Shown here: piece by piece, positions 9,558 through 20,182 of the stretch
Layout: each line of letters opens with the position of its first letter
Position numbering within the stretch: position 1 is the stretch's first letter
NCBI GenBank assembly: GCA_963848135.1
Contig: CAWKCK010000017.1
Location: 1,148,538-1,212,537, forward strand
DNA from: an uncultured delta proteobacterium
GTDB lineage: Bacteria > Desulfobacterota > Desulfobacteria > Desulfobacterales > SG8-13
Direction of reading: 5' to 3'
DNA: 64,000 nucleotides
Made by a program: the position numbers and the translations under genes
Notes under the pieces: generated by a model
Told to the model about the DNA's origin: nothing
What the model saw: only the letters and a program-made list of their open reading frames with translations
The model's database searches: none

Positions 9558-9850
9558 GGGCCGGTGGGGGGTACCAGGCTGATCAAACTGGGCCCTAAAC
9601 AGGTTGGTCATTGGGGAAGATAAATCAGATCATCCGACGCTTTTCCCACCAATCAGCAATGAGTCGATTATAGACAAAATCTATCATAAAAAATCTATGC
9701 GTTTCCCTTAGCGAATACCAGTCAATTAGGTGTACCGGAAATACTCAGAGCTCAAAATTTTATCATATGGCTCGCTGATGGTGCATTGCTCGAATACCCT
9801 TAGCCATCATATCAATTATCATCCCTATGACAGGGCGCGTGGCCTTTGCC

Positions 9851-9879
9851 TTGACACGAAATCCTATACTTTCTAAATT
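9851..9879 (+). promoter_or_regulatory. sigma-70-type promoter of the first activator
   Basis: TTGACA-N17-TAAATT. Confidence 0.6.
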
Positions 9880-9945
9880 TAGCTGGTATACTCGGTAATC
9901 CGGCAGCAATTCGAAACTAAATGTCACAACTAAAACCTGAGGCGA

Positions 9946-11679
9946 ATGTCCAATCCCAAAACCACACCTAAAAGTAATTCTCTATCTGATGGCGATGGAA
10001 TCATTGCTTTGGATCGATCGCTGAAAATTATGAGCTGCAACCACGTTGCTACCGACATATTGGGCATAGAACTCGAACCCCGGGATCAATTCCCATTGAA
10101 GACGATTTGCGACAAAACTTCCTCGAGAAAATTGGAAACGGCATTGCGCCTTACTATCGATAAAGGGCGATCATATTCAGGGCTTAAGCTTCATCATTCC
10201 GATGCAAATGGCACCGAGAGTCGCATGATTCTCTCAATACAACCCCTCTATAATCACCCGAAAAATATCATTGGCGCCATCCTCTCGATTCAACCTTTTG
10301 TTCCCAGCAATGAACGATCCAATACGGACCTTCCGGATTCCGAATTCGCGTCGAGTGGAGATATTCCAATACATGAAGAATTATTGGAATCAATGCCCGA
10401 GGGCATTTTCACCATCAACACCCGCTGGCGCGTCGCAACTTTCAATCGTCAGGCCGAAAAAATTACGGGATTTAGACGCGAAGAGGTCATTGGCCGTAAT
10501 TGTTGGGAAATATTTCGTTCCGACATGTGCCACACGGGATGCCCTTTGCAAATCGCGCTTGAAACCGGCCGGACAAAAATGGACCAGGATGTCCGTATTC
10601 TGAATAAGGGCGGAACACACCTGACGATATTGGTTAACGCTGGAGTACTGAGGGATTCAGACGGTTTGATCGCAGGGGCAGTGGAAACCTTCCGTCCTTT
10701 GATGGGAGAGATCTGTTCCTCGCAACATCAGCAGAAAGGAACTTATTTTGCCGATATCGTTGGCCGGAGTGGTGTGATGCAGCATATTTTTTCCATGCTG
10801 CCAAGCATTGCTGCCAGCGATGCCAATGTGCTGATTTCTGGGGAAAGCGGAACCGGCAAAGATCTTATCGCCCGCGCGATTCATAACCACTCTCCTCGTT
10901 GTCAAAAGCCATTTGTCGCTGTCAATTGTTCGGCTTTGGCAGAGACCCTTCTTGAATCCGAATTATTCGGCCATGAAAAATCAGCCTTCACGGGCGCAAC
11001 CAGCCACAAAACAGGCCGTTTTGAACTGGCCAAAGGCGGCAGCTTGTTTCTGGATGAAATCGGTGAACTTAAACCGGAGCTTCAAATCAAGTTGCTGCGT
11101 GTTTTGGAAAACCGCGAGTTCGAGCGCGTCGGTGGCACCCAAACCATACCGATGGAAGCGCGCATTGTCAGTGCCACAAATAGAGACCTTCGCCAAGCCA
11201 TTTCTGATGGGCATTTCCGGAAAGATTTTTACTATCGTCTGCGAACGGTCCCCATCGCTGTTCCACCGCTGCGTGAACGCATGGATGATATTCCCCTTTT
11301 AATAGAATATTTTATCAAACGATTTAATGCACGCTATGACAAACGGGTACTATCGATCCATCCGGAGGTAATGCAAAAATTCATGAAATACCACTGGCCT
11401 GGCAATGTCCGCGAGCTGGAACGCACCTTGGAACATGCTTATGTGTTTGTTAAAGGACCGGTAATTCGGGCTCTCGATCTACCGGCACCAGAGGAATTTC
11501 AATCATTTACTAGGGAACCAACCGGATCCGAACCTGCAGCCGATAAAGGAACCAGCATAGAATCCATCCGTTGGGCCCTATCGCGCGCGGCTGGTAACCG
11601 CAAGGCGGCCGCCAGTCTTCTCGGCATTAGTCGCACGACCCTATGGCGTCATATGAAGCAATTCGGCATTGATACTTAA
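9946..11679 (+). CDS. PAS-PAS sigma-54-dependent activator (Cx8Cx3C PAS motif)
   Basis: [42 protein letters not shown], Fis [14 protein letters not shown]. Confidence 0.93.
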   Translation: MSNPKTTPKSNSLSDGDGIIALDRSLKIMSCNHVATDILGIELEPRDQFPLKTICDKTSSRKLETALRLTIDKGRSYSGLKLHHSDANGTESRMILSIQPLYNHPKNIIGAILSIQPFVPSNERSNTDLPDSEFASSGDIPIHEELLESMPEGIFTINTRWRVATFNRQAEKITGFRREEVIGRNCWEIFRSDMCHTGCPLQIALETGRTKMDQDVRILNKGGTHLTILVNAGVLRDSDGLIAGAVETFRPLMGEICSSQHQQKGTYFADIVGRSGVMQHIFSMLPSIAASDANVLISGESGTGKDLIARAIHNHSPRCQKPFVAVNCSALAETLLESELFGHEKSAFTGATSHKTGRFELAKGGSLFLDEIGELKPELQIKLLRVLENREFERVGGTQTIPMEARIVSATNRDLRQAISDGHFRKDFYYRLRTVPIAVPPLRERMDDIPLLIEYFIKRFNARYDKRVLSIHPEVMQKFMKYHWPGNVRELERTLEHAYVFVKGPVIRALDLPAPEEFQSFTREPTGSEPAADKGTSIESIRWALSRAAGNRKAAASLLGISRTTLWRHMKQFGIDT

Positions 11680-11680
11680 A

Positions 11681-11716
11681 TGTTTCACATGTGTTTCAAG
11701 TGTTTCAAGTGTTTCA
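11681..11716 (+). promoter_or_regulatory. Four direct TGTTTCA repeats; candidate activator binding site
   Basis: TGTTTCA at 11681, 11692, 11701 and 11710; inverted TGAAACA at 11801. Confidence 0.6.
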
Positions 11717-11913
11717 TCCACACCAATTTTGTTTTAATTATTTGTAATAATTACATTTTAACCAATTTTGGCCTTCATTAACTTCAGTTTTTCTCTTGTT
11801 TGAAACACCCCAGTGGTTCCAACTTCATCCCTCTCACAGCAATCATTGCCCAATTCTTTCCTGCACGCCTTAAATAAATTATTTTCTCTTAATTTTCAAT
11901 AGGTTAAATTTTA

Positions 11914-11929
11914 AGGCACAAGACTTGCT
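11914..11929 (+). promoter_or_regulatory. sigma-54 promoter of the second activator
   Basis: aGGCACaagacTTGCt. Confidence 0.75.
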
Positions 11930-11988
11930 CTCATGGATGCCGGTAAGATTACACCAATCCAAACCCATCCGGCATTTCTAAGGAACAA

Positions 11989-13707
11989 ATGGTTAGCACC
12001 CTTCAAGAGCATGCTCCGACTGCCGAAAAACAATCCGGTGTTCTGGCGCTTTCCAAGACATTCTCCATCATGAGTTTGAACCAGGCTGCCAGGCATATAC
12101 TGGGATGTGAACGTGTGCCGGGAGATTTTTGTCCGTTGGATAAACTATTTTCAAACGCCAATTTAGACGAGGCCCGCATCGCTGTTAATGATGTTTTGGC
12201 AAATGGGCACCCTCGCAAAAACCTTACTGGAATAATGGTACATTCAAACGGCAACACCATCCCATGCCATTACTCCGCCATGCCCCTATTCGAACGGTCT
12301 CGCAAAATCATCGGTGTCATTATAAATTTTCAAGGCCTGGTCTCTACAAAGGCATCTGCCGCTCACCATAAAGCCCGCCAGCCGCTCACCTACATGCCCC
12401 GGCTGACCTACCACAGGTTGGTGGAAGAATTACCGGAAGGATTGTTCACCATCGACGCGAACTGGAAAATAACAAATTTTAACCGTGCCGCTGCAGCGAT
12501 CACTGGATATACAAGACAGGAGGCCCTGGGGCGACAGTGCTGGGAAATATTTCGTTCAGCAGAATGCCGTAAGAAATGTCCGATGCGCGTGGCAATGGAT
12601 CGTGCGCAACCCCAAACCGAGATAGAGATCGTAACACTTACCCGCTCTGGTCAGCGTCAAAATCTCATCGTCAATATCGGTCTTTTTAAAGACTGCAGAG
12701 GCAAGGTTTTGGGCGCAGTGGAAACATTTCGTCCCATAAATAATGACCCGCCGGCCGACATTCGAAAAAAACACCAGTTAGATGGCATCATTGGCGAGAG
12801 CCCGAACATGCAGCGCTTATTTGACATGCTGCCAGATGTGGCGGCCAGTGATGCCAATGTCCTCATCTGTGGTGAAAGCGGAACCGGAAAGGAGCTCATA
12901 TCCCGGGTAATCCATGATCTGTCTCCTCGATGTCGTCAGCCATTTATCGCCGTTAACTGTGCCGCCTTACCCGAAACGCTTCTGGAATCGGAGCTGTTCG
13001 GGCACGAAAAAGGAGCCTTCACTGGTGCAGATCGAACAAGGATCGGCCGATTTGAATTGGTTGGCAAGGGGACGCTATTTCTGGATGAAATTGGCGAACT
13101 TCGACCGGAACTACAAGTCAAATTGTTACGGGTGATCGAGCAACGATCCTTCGAGCGGGTTGGCGGAACGCGGCCCTTGAATTTTGAGGGACGAATTATC
13201 AGCGCCACCAATCAAGATTTACTGGACGCGCTTTCGGAAAAACGATTTCGTGAAGACCTGTACTACCGATTGCGGACCGTTCCATTGACCATTCCATCTT
13301 TGAGAAACCGTGTTGAAGACATACCCCTTCTCACCGAACAGTTTATTAAAAAATTCAACAAAACAACCGGCAAATGTGTCCGATCCGTCGACCCAAAAGT
13401 CATGACCTTGTTCGCGAATTATCCATGGCCTGGGAATGTTCGCGAACTTGAACGCTGCATCGAGCATGCGTTTGTATTCGTCAAAGGGCCGGTCATTTTT
13501 GAGCGACATTTACCCGATCCACACGAGTTTAGACAGCAGGGAGCGACACAAGGAATGCCACTCCCCTTAGGTTTGAATCCCAACGACAAAAAAAGCGTTG
13601 TGTGGGCACTGACAAAAACCGCCGGCCGGCGGCAGGAAGCGGCTGGTCTTCTGGGGATTAGTCGGACATCGATGTGGCGGCGCATGAAGAGATACGGATT
13701 GTTCTAA
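11989..13707 (+). CDS. PAS-PAS sigma-54-dependent activator, paralog of 9946-11679
   Basis: [39 protein letters not shown]. Confidence 0.93.
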   Translation: MVSTLQEHAPTAEKQSGVLALSKTFSIMSLNQAARHILGCERVPGDFCPLDKLFSNANLDEARIAVNDVLANGHPRKNLTGIMVHSNGNTIPCHYSAMPLFERSRKIIGVIINFQGLVSTKASAAHHKARQPLTYMPRLTYHRLVEELPEGLFTIDANWKITNFNRAAAAITGYTRQEALGRQCWEIFRSAECRKKCPMRVAMDRAQPQTEIEIVTLTRSGQRQNLIVNIGLFKDCRGKVLGAVETFRPINNDPPADIRKKHQLDGIIGESPNMQRLFDMLPDVAASDANVLICGESGTGKELISRVIHDLSPRCRQPFIAVNCAALPETLLESELFGHEKGAFTGADRTRIGRFELVGKGTLFLDEIGELRPELQVKLLRVIEQRSFERVGGTRPLNFEGRIISATNQDLLDALSEKRFREDLYYRLRTVPLTIPSLRNRVEDIPLLTEQFIKKFNKTTGKCVRSVDPKVMTLFANYPWPGNVRELERCIEHAFVFVKGPVIFERHLPDPHEFRQQGATQGMPLPLGLNPNDKKSVVWALTKTAGRRQEAAGLLGISRTSMWRRMKRYGLF

Positions 13708-13713
13708 CATGAT

Positions 13714-13831
13714 TGTTTCAAATGTTTCAGCCAACGTTTCACATGTTTTTACTCTCATTTTCTTCGATGTCGCTGGATTACTCAAACCGAAAGCAGGGTA
13801 ACATCTCTCCTGTGAAACACATCTTGTTTCA
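13714..13831 (+). promoter_or_regulatory. TGTTTCA/TGAAACA motif cluster; candidate activator binding sites
   Basis: TGTTTCA at 13714 and 13723, CGTTTCA at 13735, palindrome TGAAACA-N5-TGTTTCA at 13813-13831. Confidence 0.6.
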
Positions 13832-13923
13832 AAAATACCCAATCGGCCCATTTTCCCTGAAGTCGGAAAGAACATATAATTGATGCCAGTTAAATTAACA
13901 ATAATATTAAGCGTTTAAAACAA

Positions 13924-13939
13924 TGGCATATGATTTGCT
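13924..13939 (+). promoter_or_regulatory. sigma-54 promoter of the nuoEFG-like operon
   Basis: TGGCATatgatTTGCt. Confidence 0.8.
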
Positions 13940-14004
13940 CTATCCAAGATTAGCAATATCGCTAATGGACGAATGCAAACCATGGACATCGAAGGAGGCA
14001 ATAA

Positions 14005-14502
14005 ATGAGTCCCTATGGCACACAAGTAGATGAAATTATCGAGCGGTATCCGGACAAACCGGAATATTTGATTTCACTGCTGCAGGATATTCAAGGCAGC
14101 TTCGGATTCATCTCACCGGAAGCCATGCAGCAAGCCTGCGATTGGGCAGGTGTGCCCCTAACTCAGGGGTATTCCGTTGCGACCTTCTATCAGTCTTTCC
14201 GCCTGGATCCTCGCGGAGAACATGAGATCCGGGTATGTTTGGGCACTGCTTGTCATCTTAAAGGCGGCCAGCGCATGGTTGAAGAACTGGAACGTCGCCT
14301 TGGAATCAACGCCGGCGATACCACAGAGGACATGCGCTACACGCTTAGCACTGTTAACTGTGTCGGTGCCTGTGCCTTGTCGCCGGTAATGGTCATTGAT
14401 GATGAATACCATCCAAGCATGACGGCCCGAAAACTGGAAAAAGAATTGAAATCCCTTGACCATCAAGCCGAGATCGAAGGGGAGGAGATGGGATATGCAT
14501 AA
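14005..14502 (+). CDS. NuoE/HydC-like [2Fe-2S] subunit
   Basis: VATFY, VCLGTACHLKG, VNCVGACALSP. Confidence 0.92.
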   Translation: MSPYGTQVDEIIERYPDKPEYLISLLQDIQGSFGFISPEAMQQACDWAGVPLTQGYSVATFYQSFRLDPRGEHEIRVCLGTACHLKGGQRMVEELERRLGINAGDTTEDMRYTLSTVNCVGACALSPVMVIDDEYHPSMTARKLEKELKSLDHQAEIEGEEMGYA

Positions 14503-16396
14503 ACAAAGTACGGCACTAAAAGTGGATCAGTGGCGATTGGAATCCAGGGAAGATTTGATCAATCTGCAAAAACAGTTCACGAGCAGCCGAGATCCAAATC
14601 GGCCGGAAATCATTATCTGCCATGGTACCGGTTGCCTGGCAAACGGCGCCTTCAAGGTTTTCGACGCATTTAAGGGTGCTCTGGACAGTACCGGCATCGA
14701 TGCCAAACTGATGCCGGGCATTAAGACAACCGGATGCCATGGATTTTGCTCCCGGGGCCCTCTGGTCATCATCCGCCCCCAGGGTCTCTTTTACCAGCAG
14801 GTCAAACCAAAGCACGTCGAAGACATCGTTCAGCAAACCCTCATAGAGGGAAAACCCGTCGAACGGTTGCTTTATAAAAACCCCAAAACCGGGGACCTGA
14901 TATTCAATGAGCAAGATATACCTTTCTACAAACTGCAGCAGCGCATCGTTCTGCACAATATCGGCAAAATCGATCCCACGGATATCACCGATACCATTGC
15001 CGCCGGAGGGTACCAAGCACTGGCCAAGGTTCTGAGTTCCATGACACCGGATGAAGTTGTGTCCGAAATCGAGAAATCAGGACTCAGGGGCCGGGGTGGG
15101 GCCGGATTTCCTGCTGGACGGAAATGGCGCAGTGCTTTGAAAGCTATCGAGAAAAAGGGGCGTCCGGTTTATGTGGTGGTCAACGGGGATGAAGGCGATC
15201 CGGGCGCATTCATGGACCGCACCATAATGGAAGGCGATCCCCATGCCGTGTTGGAGGGGCTGATCATCGGTGCCTATGCCCTCGGGGCTGAACAGGGATA
15301 TCTGTATGTGCGCGCTGAATACCCATTGGCCATTCGTCATCTGGAAATCGCCATGTCCCAGGCCAGGGAGTATGGCCTCTTAGGCGAAAACATACTCGGA
15401 TCAGGATTCACTTTTGATGCACGTATCAGTCGAGGTGCGGGTGCCTTTGTGTGTGGTGAGTCCACGGCTCTTTTTACATCCATTGAAGGTAAACCCGGCA
15501 ATCCCCGGCCGAAGTATGTCCGGTCCGTAGAAGAAGGTTTGTGGGGACGGCCCACCGTTCTCAATAATGTTGAAACCTGGGCCAATGTGCCGTTGATTAT
15601 CGAAAAAGGGTCAGGCTGGTATGCGGGCCTTGGTGTGCCACATTCCACCGGCACGAAGGTGTTCTCCCTGGTGGGCAAGGTGAATAACGTCGGGTTGGTA
15701 GAAGTACCAATGGGTGTTCCCATGGCCACAATCGTGGAAGAAATTGGTGGTGGCATACCGGGTGGCGGGCCGTTTAAAGCTGTGCAGACCGGCGGTCCTT
15801 CCGGTGGCTGCATTCCCTACCGTCTCAAGGATACGCCGGTGGATTTCGATTCTCTGACAGCAGCAGGCTCTATGATGGGATCAGGGGCGATGATCGTAAT
15901 GGATGACAGCGATTGTGTTGTGGATGTCGGTCGGTATTTTCTCAAATTCCTGGAAGAGGAGTCCTGCGGCAAATGTCTCCCCTGTCGATTAGGGCTGACC
16001 CGTATGCGAGAAATCTTAGACAATTTCTCCAAAGGTATTGGCAGGCCCAAAGACATTGAAGATCTCACTAGCCTCTCCCATGCCATCCAGGACGGTGCGT
16101 TGTGCGCCCTGGGCACGAGTGCTCCGAATCCTGTTTTGACGACGATTCAGTATTTTAAAAAAGAGTATTTGGCCCATGTGAACGATCAAAAATGCCCCGC
16201 CGGCGTCTGCAAGGACCTCATCACCTTCAGTATCAATCTGGATCTCTGTAACGGCTGCGCCAGCTGCGCTCGCCAGTGCCCGGTCGGATGCATCACGGGT
16301 GAGAAGAAAAAACCCCATTCCATCGATTCAAACAACTGCCTGCGATGCGGTATCTGCAAGGAAACGTGTAAATTCGGCGCCATACAGATCGACTAG
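14495..16396 (+). CDS. NuoF/HydB-like FMN/NAD(P)H-binding subunit with N-terminal 2Fe-2S and C-terminal 2x4Fe-4S
   Basis: CHGTGC..TGCHGFC, GLRGRGGAGFP, GDEGDPGAFMDR, GGPSGG, SCGKCLPCR, CNGCASC, CLRCGIC; start moved to ATG 14495 after GGAGG. Confidence 0.92.
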   Translation: MHKQSTALKVDQWRLESREDLINLQKQFTSSRDPNRPEIIICHGTGCLANGAFKVFDAFKGALDSTGIDAKLMPGIKTTGCHGFCSRGPLVIIRPQGLFYQQVKPKHVEDIVQQTLIEGKPVERLLYKNPKTGDLIFNEQDIPFYKLQQRIVLHNIGKIDPTDITDTIAAGGYQALAKVLSSMTPDEVVSEIEKSGLRGRGGAGFPAGRKWRSALKAIEKKGRPVYVVVNGDEGDPGAFMDRTIMEGDPHAVLEGLIIGAYALGAEQGYLYVRAEYPLAIRHLEIAMSQAREYGLLGENILGSGFTFDARISRGAGAFVCGESTALFTSIEGKPGNPRPKYVRSVEEGLWGRPTVLNNVETWANVPLIIEKGSGWYAGLGVPHSTGTKVFSLVGKVNNVGLVEVPMGVPMATIVEEIGGGIPGGGPFKAVQTGGPSGGCIPYRLKDTPVDFDSLTAAGSMMGSGAMIVMDDSDCVVDVGRYFLKFLEEESCGKCLPCRLGLTRMREILDNFSKGIGRPKDIEDLTSLSHAIQDGALCALGTSAPNPVLTTIQYFKKEYLAHVNDQKCPAGVCKDLITFSINLDLCNGCASCARQCPVGCITGEKKKPHSIDSNNCLRCGICKETCKFGAIQID

Positions 16397-16438
16397 AACA
16401 CTATGTACAACAGCGGTCTCATTCAGGAGAAAGTAGCT

Positions 16439-17047
16439 ATGATCAAATTAAAGTTCAACGGACAAGAAGTAGAGGCATGGCCAGGGTGGACGCTGCTCGA
16501 AACGGCGCGAGAGAATGACATCGACATCCCCACCCTTTGCTTCCACCCTGCCGTCTCGCCGAGCGGTGCCTGCAGACTGTGCGTAGTTGAACTCAGAGAT
16601 GGCGAATGGTCCAAACTGGTTGCCTCCTGTATCTATCCGGTGACAGCTGGACTCGAAGTCTACACGAAGTCTGAGAGGGTGCAGAATGTGCGTCGCTGGA
16701 TATTCGAAATGCTGCTGGCAGCCTGCCCGGCCAGTCAAGAAATTCAACAACTGGCGGCTAATTATGGTGTTAAATCTACCCGTTTCGCAACCCATGACCC
16801 GGATGAGGCGTGCATGGTCTGTGGGCTTTGCGCCCGCGTATGCGAGGAAATCGTCGGCTTGTCCGCTATCGCGACGGTTGACCGGGGAGTTCATAAAAGA
16901 GTCGGCGCCCCTTTCTCAAAGCCGACTGACGTTTGTGTGGCCTGCGGTTTCTGCGTAACCGTCTGTCCAACGGGTGCCATGCGGTCGATATTTGATTCAG
17001 TGCGCGGTGAACCTGCAATGGGTATGACCCAATTGGCCACTCATTAA
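16439..17047 (+). CDS. NuoG/HydA N-terminal-like Fe-S subunit with no catalytic domain
   Basis: IPTLC..GACRLCVVE..SC, CMVCGLCARVC, CVACGFCVTVCP; about 200 aa; ATG 16439 after AGGAGA. Confidence 0.88.
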   Translation: MIKLKFNGQEVEAWPGWTLLETARENDIDIPTLCFHPAVSPSGACRLCVVELRDGEWSKLVASCIYPVTAGLEVYTKSERVQNVRRWIFEMLLAACPASQEIQQLAANYGVKSTRFATHDPDEACMVCGLCARVCEEIVGLSAIATVDRGVHKRVGAPFSKPTDVCVACGFCVTVCPTGAMRSIFDSVRGEPAMGMTQLATH

Positions 17048-17058
17048 AGGAGGTTAAA

Positions 17059-19494
17059 ATGAATACGGACACAAATATCGGTGTCGTTCTCTGCGAATGC
17101 GGAAAAAATATCAAACCCCTGGTAGACCTGCAAGCGCTGAAAAAAAGTATCGAGGCAGAACCAAACGTGGTGCACTGCGACACCATGCCCTATCCTTGTC
17201 TCAAGCCCGGACTCGAGAAAATTACCGGGGCGGTTGCGAAAAATCGACTGAACCGATTGGTTGTCGCTGGCTGCGAAAATCGCCTCATGTTAAAAAAATT
17301 CGAAAAGGAGCTTGAACCGCTGGAATTGCGCAAAGGACAGATCGATATGATCAATCTGCGTGGACACGTTGCAGCAGTATCTGATCTGAATCCTGTTCAA
17401 AAAGCACAAAAGGCCGCCAAACTCATCAAGGCCTCCGTTGCAGAAATGACTGTTCTCATGCCCAGTGTCGAAAGTCGGGCGAAAATCGAAGGACCAGTTA
17501 TGATCGTGGGGGGTGGAATCGCTTCTTTTTCCGCGGCCCAAGAACTGGCCCGTCATAGTATCGACTATTTTTTAGTGACCGCAACCACCGTACCCCGGGA
17601 AATTATTCGAAACGTTCATAAGTGTTACCCCGGCGAAAGACAACATTATAAACGTTTGGAGAAAACCATTGAAAGTGCAGTCAATAGCCCCTGCGCTACC
17701 GTCCTGCCCGACCACCAGCTAACCAATCTGGCTGGCGTCACCGGCGCTTACAAGCTAGACTTCAGTGATCATCGGGAAAGCGCTTCGGACCACACACACA
17801 ATGCGGGCGCCATAATTGCCTGTCTGGATGCAGAATTAATACCACCCGGAAACGATTTTGGTTACGATGGCAAGACGGTTCTCATCCAGCCGGAAATGGA
17901 AGAGCAGATATACGACCATGGGTCTCCCGGCGGAAACGTGGTATTTTGGGTCAACAACTTTGAATCAGGTCAACCCGAATTTGCAGCCCTTTCAGCACGC
18001 AGCGCCTGGTTTATGGCCACCCGTTTACGCCAAAGTTCGCCGAGAACCCGCGCTATCATTCTGTATAACGAACAGATGGAGATCCCCCTGTCGGCTGCGG
18101 AACGGTCGCTAAACCGAAGACTTGGTGTTCTGTGGATCCCTTACGATAAGGCTGTTCGTCCCACAGTATCGGATAGTTATATTACCTTCTGTAACTTGGC
18201 CGACCACGTCGAACACGAGGTTGAATGGGATCGTCTTGTCCTTTCCCCGCTGCGCAAAGTGTCCGGAGCGGCTTTGAAAACGGCAAGAAATCTTGGGTTA
18301 GTCCATATGGAAGATCGCTTCCTGACAGGGCACCATGCCCGGGTCCGGCCTGAAATGGTGGGACGGGAAGAAACTTACCTGGCGGGCAGTGCACGTTATC
18401 CTTGTGATTTAACCGAAGCATTGTCACAAGGCCGGCGGGCTGCAACTAAAACGGTAGAAATGTTTCGTAAATCGGCGTCAGGCGAATTGTTTGTGCCTCG
18501 CATCGTGTGTGTTGTAGAGCCGACAAAATGTGTTGGATGTGGACAGTGTCAGGAATTGTGCGATTGTGGTGGCATCGGTGTGGCAGAAGGATCGGGTGGC
18601 GGCCTGCCGCGTATCGTTGACCCGATGGTGTGTACGGGAGGTGGGACGTGTGCCGCTGCTTGCCCGTATCATGCGCTTGTTCTTCAAAACAGTAGTAATG
18701 ATCAGCGCGAAGCGCGGGTGGCAGCACTCGCCAACCAACTGGCCGATGATGAAGTTATGGCCATTGCTTGCGGATGGGGGGGATTGCCGGCCGCTGATAA
18801 TGCCGGGAACATGGGCCTGAAGTACGACCCCAGGATTCACATATTGGGCGTCCCGTGTGTCGGCCAGCTTGATCCCTGCGTTATGGTTCGAGCGTTTAAA
18901 GAAGGTGTTCCGGGTTTGATCCTTGTTGGATGTCTGCCTGAAGAGTGCCACCATTCCTACGGCGTCGATCACTCCTGGAGTCGGGTCAATGCCATCAAGA
19001 AAACCATGACGTTATGCGGCTTTGATCGCCGAAGAATAGCTTTGGCCCATGCGGATTTAAACAAACCTGAAGAGTTTATTGACACTGTAGAGAGTTTTGC
19101 TCGAACTATTGATGCCCTCGGGCCTATCGAAAAGACCCCAGAAAATCGGGGCAAACTGGATGCCATGTATGACTTGCTCAAATACAACACCCGAATTCGT
19201 CACCTGCTATCCGTCAGTTTGAGACGACCTTGGGAAGATACCTACAGGGGTGACCAACGATATGGTCTCGATTATGATCGCGATTTTTCTGCCGCCTTGG
19301 CTGAAGAATTTATGCAACATCGTCTTCTGGGAGTGCTTAGGCAAACGCAGCGGCGTTTCAATATAAACGAACTCGCTGGTATCTTAAATGAGGACCAAGG
19401 GCAGGTGGCAGAATCTCTCTGGGAAATGATCCACAACGGTGTTATTGACTTTGCCCATGAAAACCATGAAGCCTTATATGCTTTACATAATTAA
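17059..19494 (+). CDS. Degenerate HdrA - ferredoxin - MvhD fusion (QmoB/BamEF-like) with a C-terminal helix-turn-helix-like tail
   Basis: LCECG, YPC, VVAGC, GGGIAS, CVGCGQCQELC, CTGGGTCAAACP, IACGWGG..VPCVG..GCLPEECH. Confidence 0.8.
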   Translation: MNTDTNIGVVLCECGKNIKPLVDLQALKKSIEAEPNVVHCDTMPYPCLKPGLEKITGAVAKNRLNRLVVAGCENRLMLKKFEKELEPLELRKGQIDMINLRGHVAAVSDLNPVQKAQKAAKLIKASVAEMTVLMPSVESRAKIEGPVMIVGGGIASFSAAQELARHSIDYFLVTATTVPREIIRNVHKCYPGERQHYKRLEKTIESAVNSPCATVLPDHQLTNLAGVTGAYKLDFSDHRESASDHTHNAGAIIACLDAELIPPGNDFGYDGKTVLIQPEMEEQIYDHGSPGGNVVFWVNNFESGQPEFAALSARSAWFMATRLRQSSPRTRAIILYNEQMEIPLSAAERSLNRRLGVLWIPYDKAVRPTVSDSYITFCNLADHVEHEVEWDRLVLSPLRKVSGAALKTARNLGLVHMEDRFLTGHHARVRPEMVGREETYLAGSARYPCDLTEALSQGRRAATKTVEMFRKSASGELFVPRIVCVVEPTKCVGCGQCQELCDCGGIGVAEGSGGGLPRIVDPMVCTGGGTCAAACPYHALVLQNSSNDQREARVAALANQLADDEVMAIACGWGGLPAADNAGNMGLKYDPRIHILGVPCVGQLDPCVMVRAFKEGVPGLILVGCLPEECHHSYGVDHSWSRVNAIKKTMTLCGFDRRRIALAHADLNKPEEFIDTVESFARTIDALGPIEKTPENRGKLDAMYDLLKYNTRIRHLLSVSLRRPWEDTYRGDQRYGLDYDRDFSAALAEEFMQHRLLGVLRQTQRRFNINELAGILNEDQGQVAESLWEMIHNGVIDFAHENHEALYALHN

Positions 19495-19516
19495 ATCAAA
19501 AAACCGATGAATTGAA

Positions 19517-19924
19517 ATGCACCAAAATTTATCTGATCAACATTTGAAGATGGCTTTGGGAACCGACCGGCGCCGTGCACCCGACAATGCTGATGGGTAT
19601 GGTAAAAACACAGGCAGCTGTGGAGATACGGTTGAGATATACCTTGTCGTGGATCAAGACCGTATCGACAGTATATATTTTCAAACCAACGGTTGTCTCA
19701 ACACCACTGCCTGCAGCAATACGATAGCAGAGTTAGCGATCGGCAAGCTGATAAACGAGGCTTGGCAACTAAAACCGGAAAATATTATCAACTATCTTAA
19801 AACACTTCCCGCCGACCATCATCACTGTGCTGACTTGGTGGTCGGCGCCATGTACCATGCATTGACGGATCTTTCTTCAAACATTGAAAAACCGTGGATG
19901 AAATTATATCGCGTACAACGGTAG
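19517..19924 (+). CDS. NifU/IscU N-terminal-like Fe-S scaffold protein
   Basis: GSCGDTVEIYL, GCLNTTACS, HHCA. Confidence 0.85.
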   Translation: MHQNLSDQHLKMALGTDRRRAPDNADGYGKNTGSCGDTVEIYLVVDQDRIDSIYFQTNGCLNTTACSNTIAELAIGKLINEAWQLKPENIINYLKTLPADHHHCADLVVGAMYHALTDLSSNIEKPWMKLYRVQR

Positions 19925-20182
19925 TAATGCCCGGACGAATACCTCCCGCTTATGTGATTAATTGGTTCCTACTATGGATTGTCCTGGCTGGAAGATAGGG
20001 TTACATCGGGTGGACGAAGTAAGTCCGCAGGCAATATTTTCATAATTGTCAAATTATCAGGTAGTGAAAAAGGTGGAAGTTTTAGCGGTTCCGTTGATGA
20101 GTTCCATTCATTTATGAATATACTTTCGCGCGGAGTCATAAAAACAATTATTTTACGCTATTTGGACAAAAAGAAATGCAAT

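Noticed and set aside
11681..11716. Direct repeats as a CRISPR array
   Set aside because: 7-nt units with 2-4 nt gaps; no spacers or cas genes anywhere in the window
14005..19494. Calling the operon complex I, an [FeFe]-hydrogenase or class II benzoyl-CoA reductase
   Set aside because: No membrane Nuo subunits, no H-cluster domain and no BamB/C/D in the window
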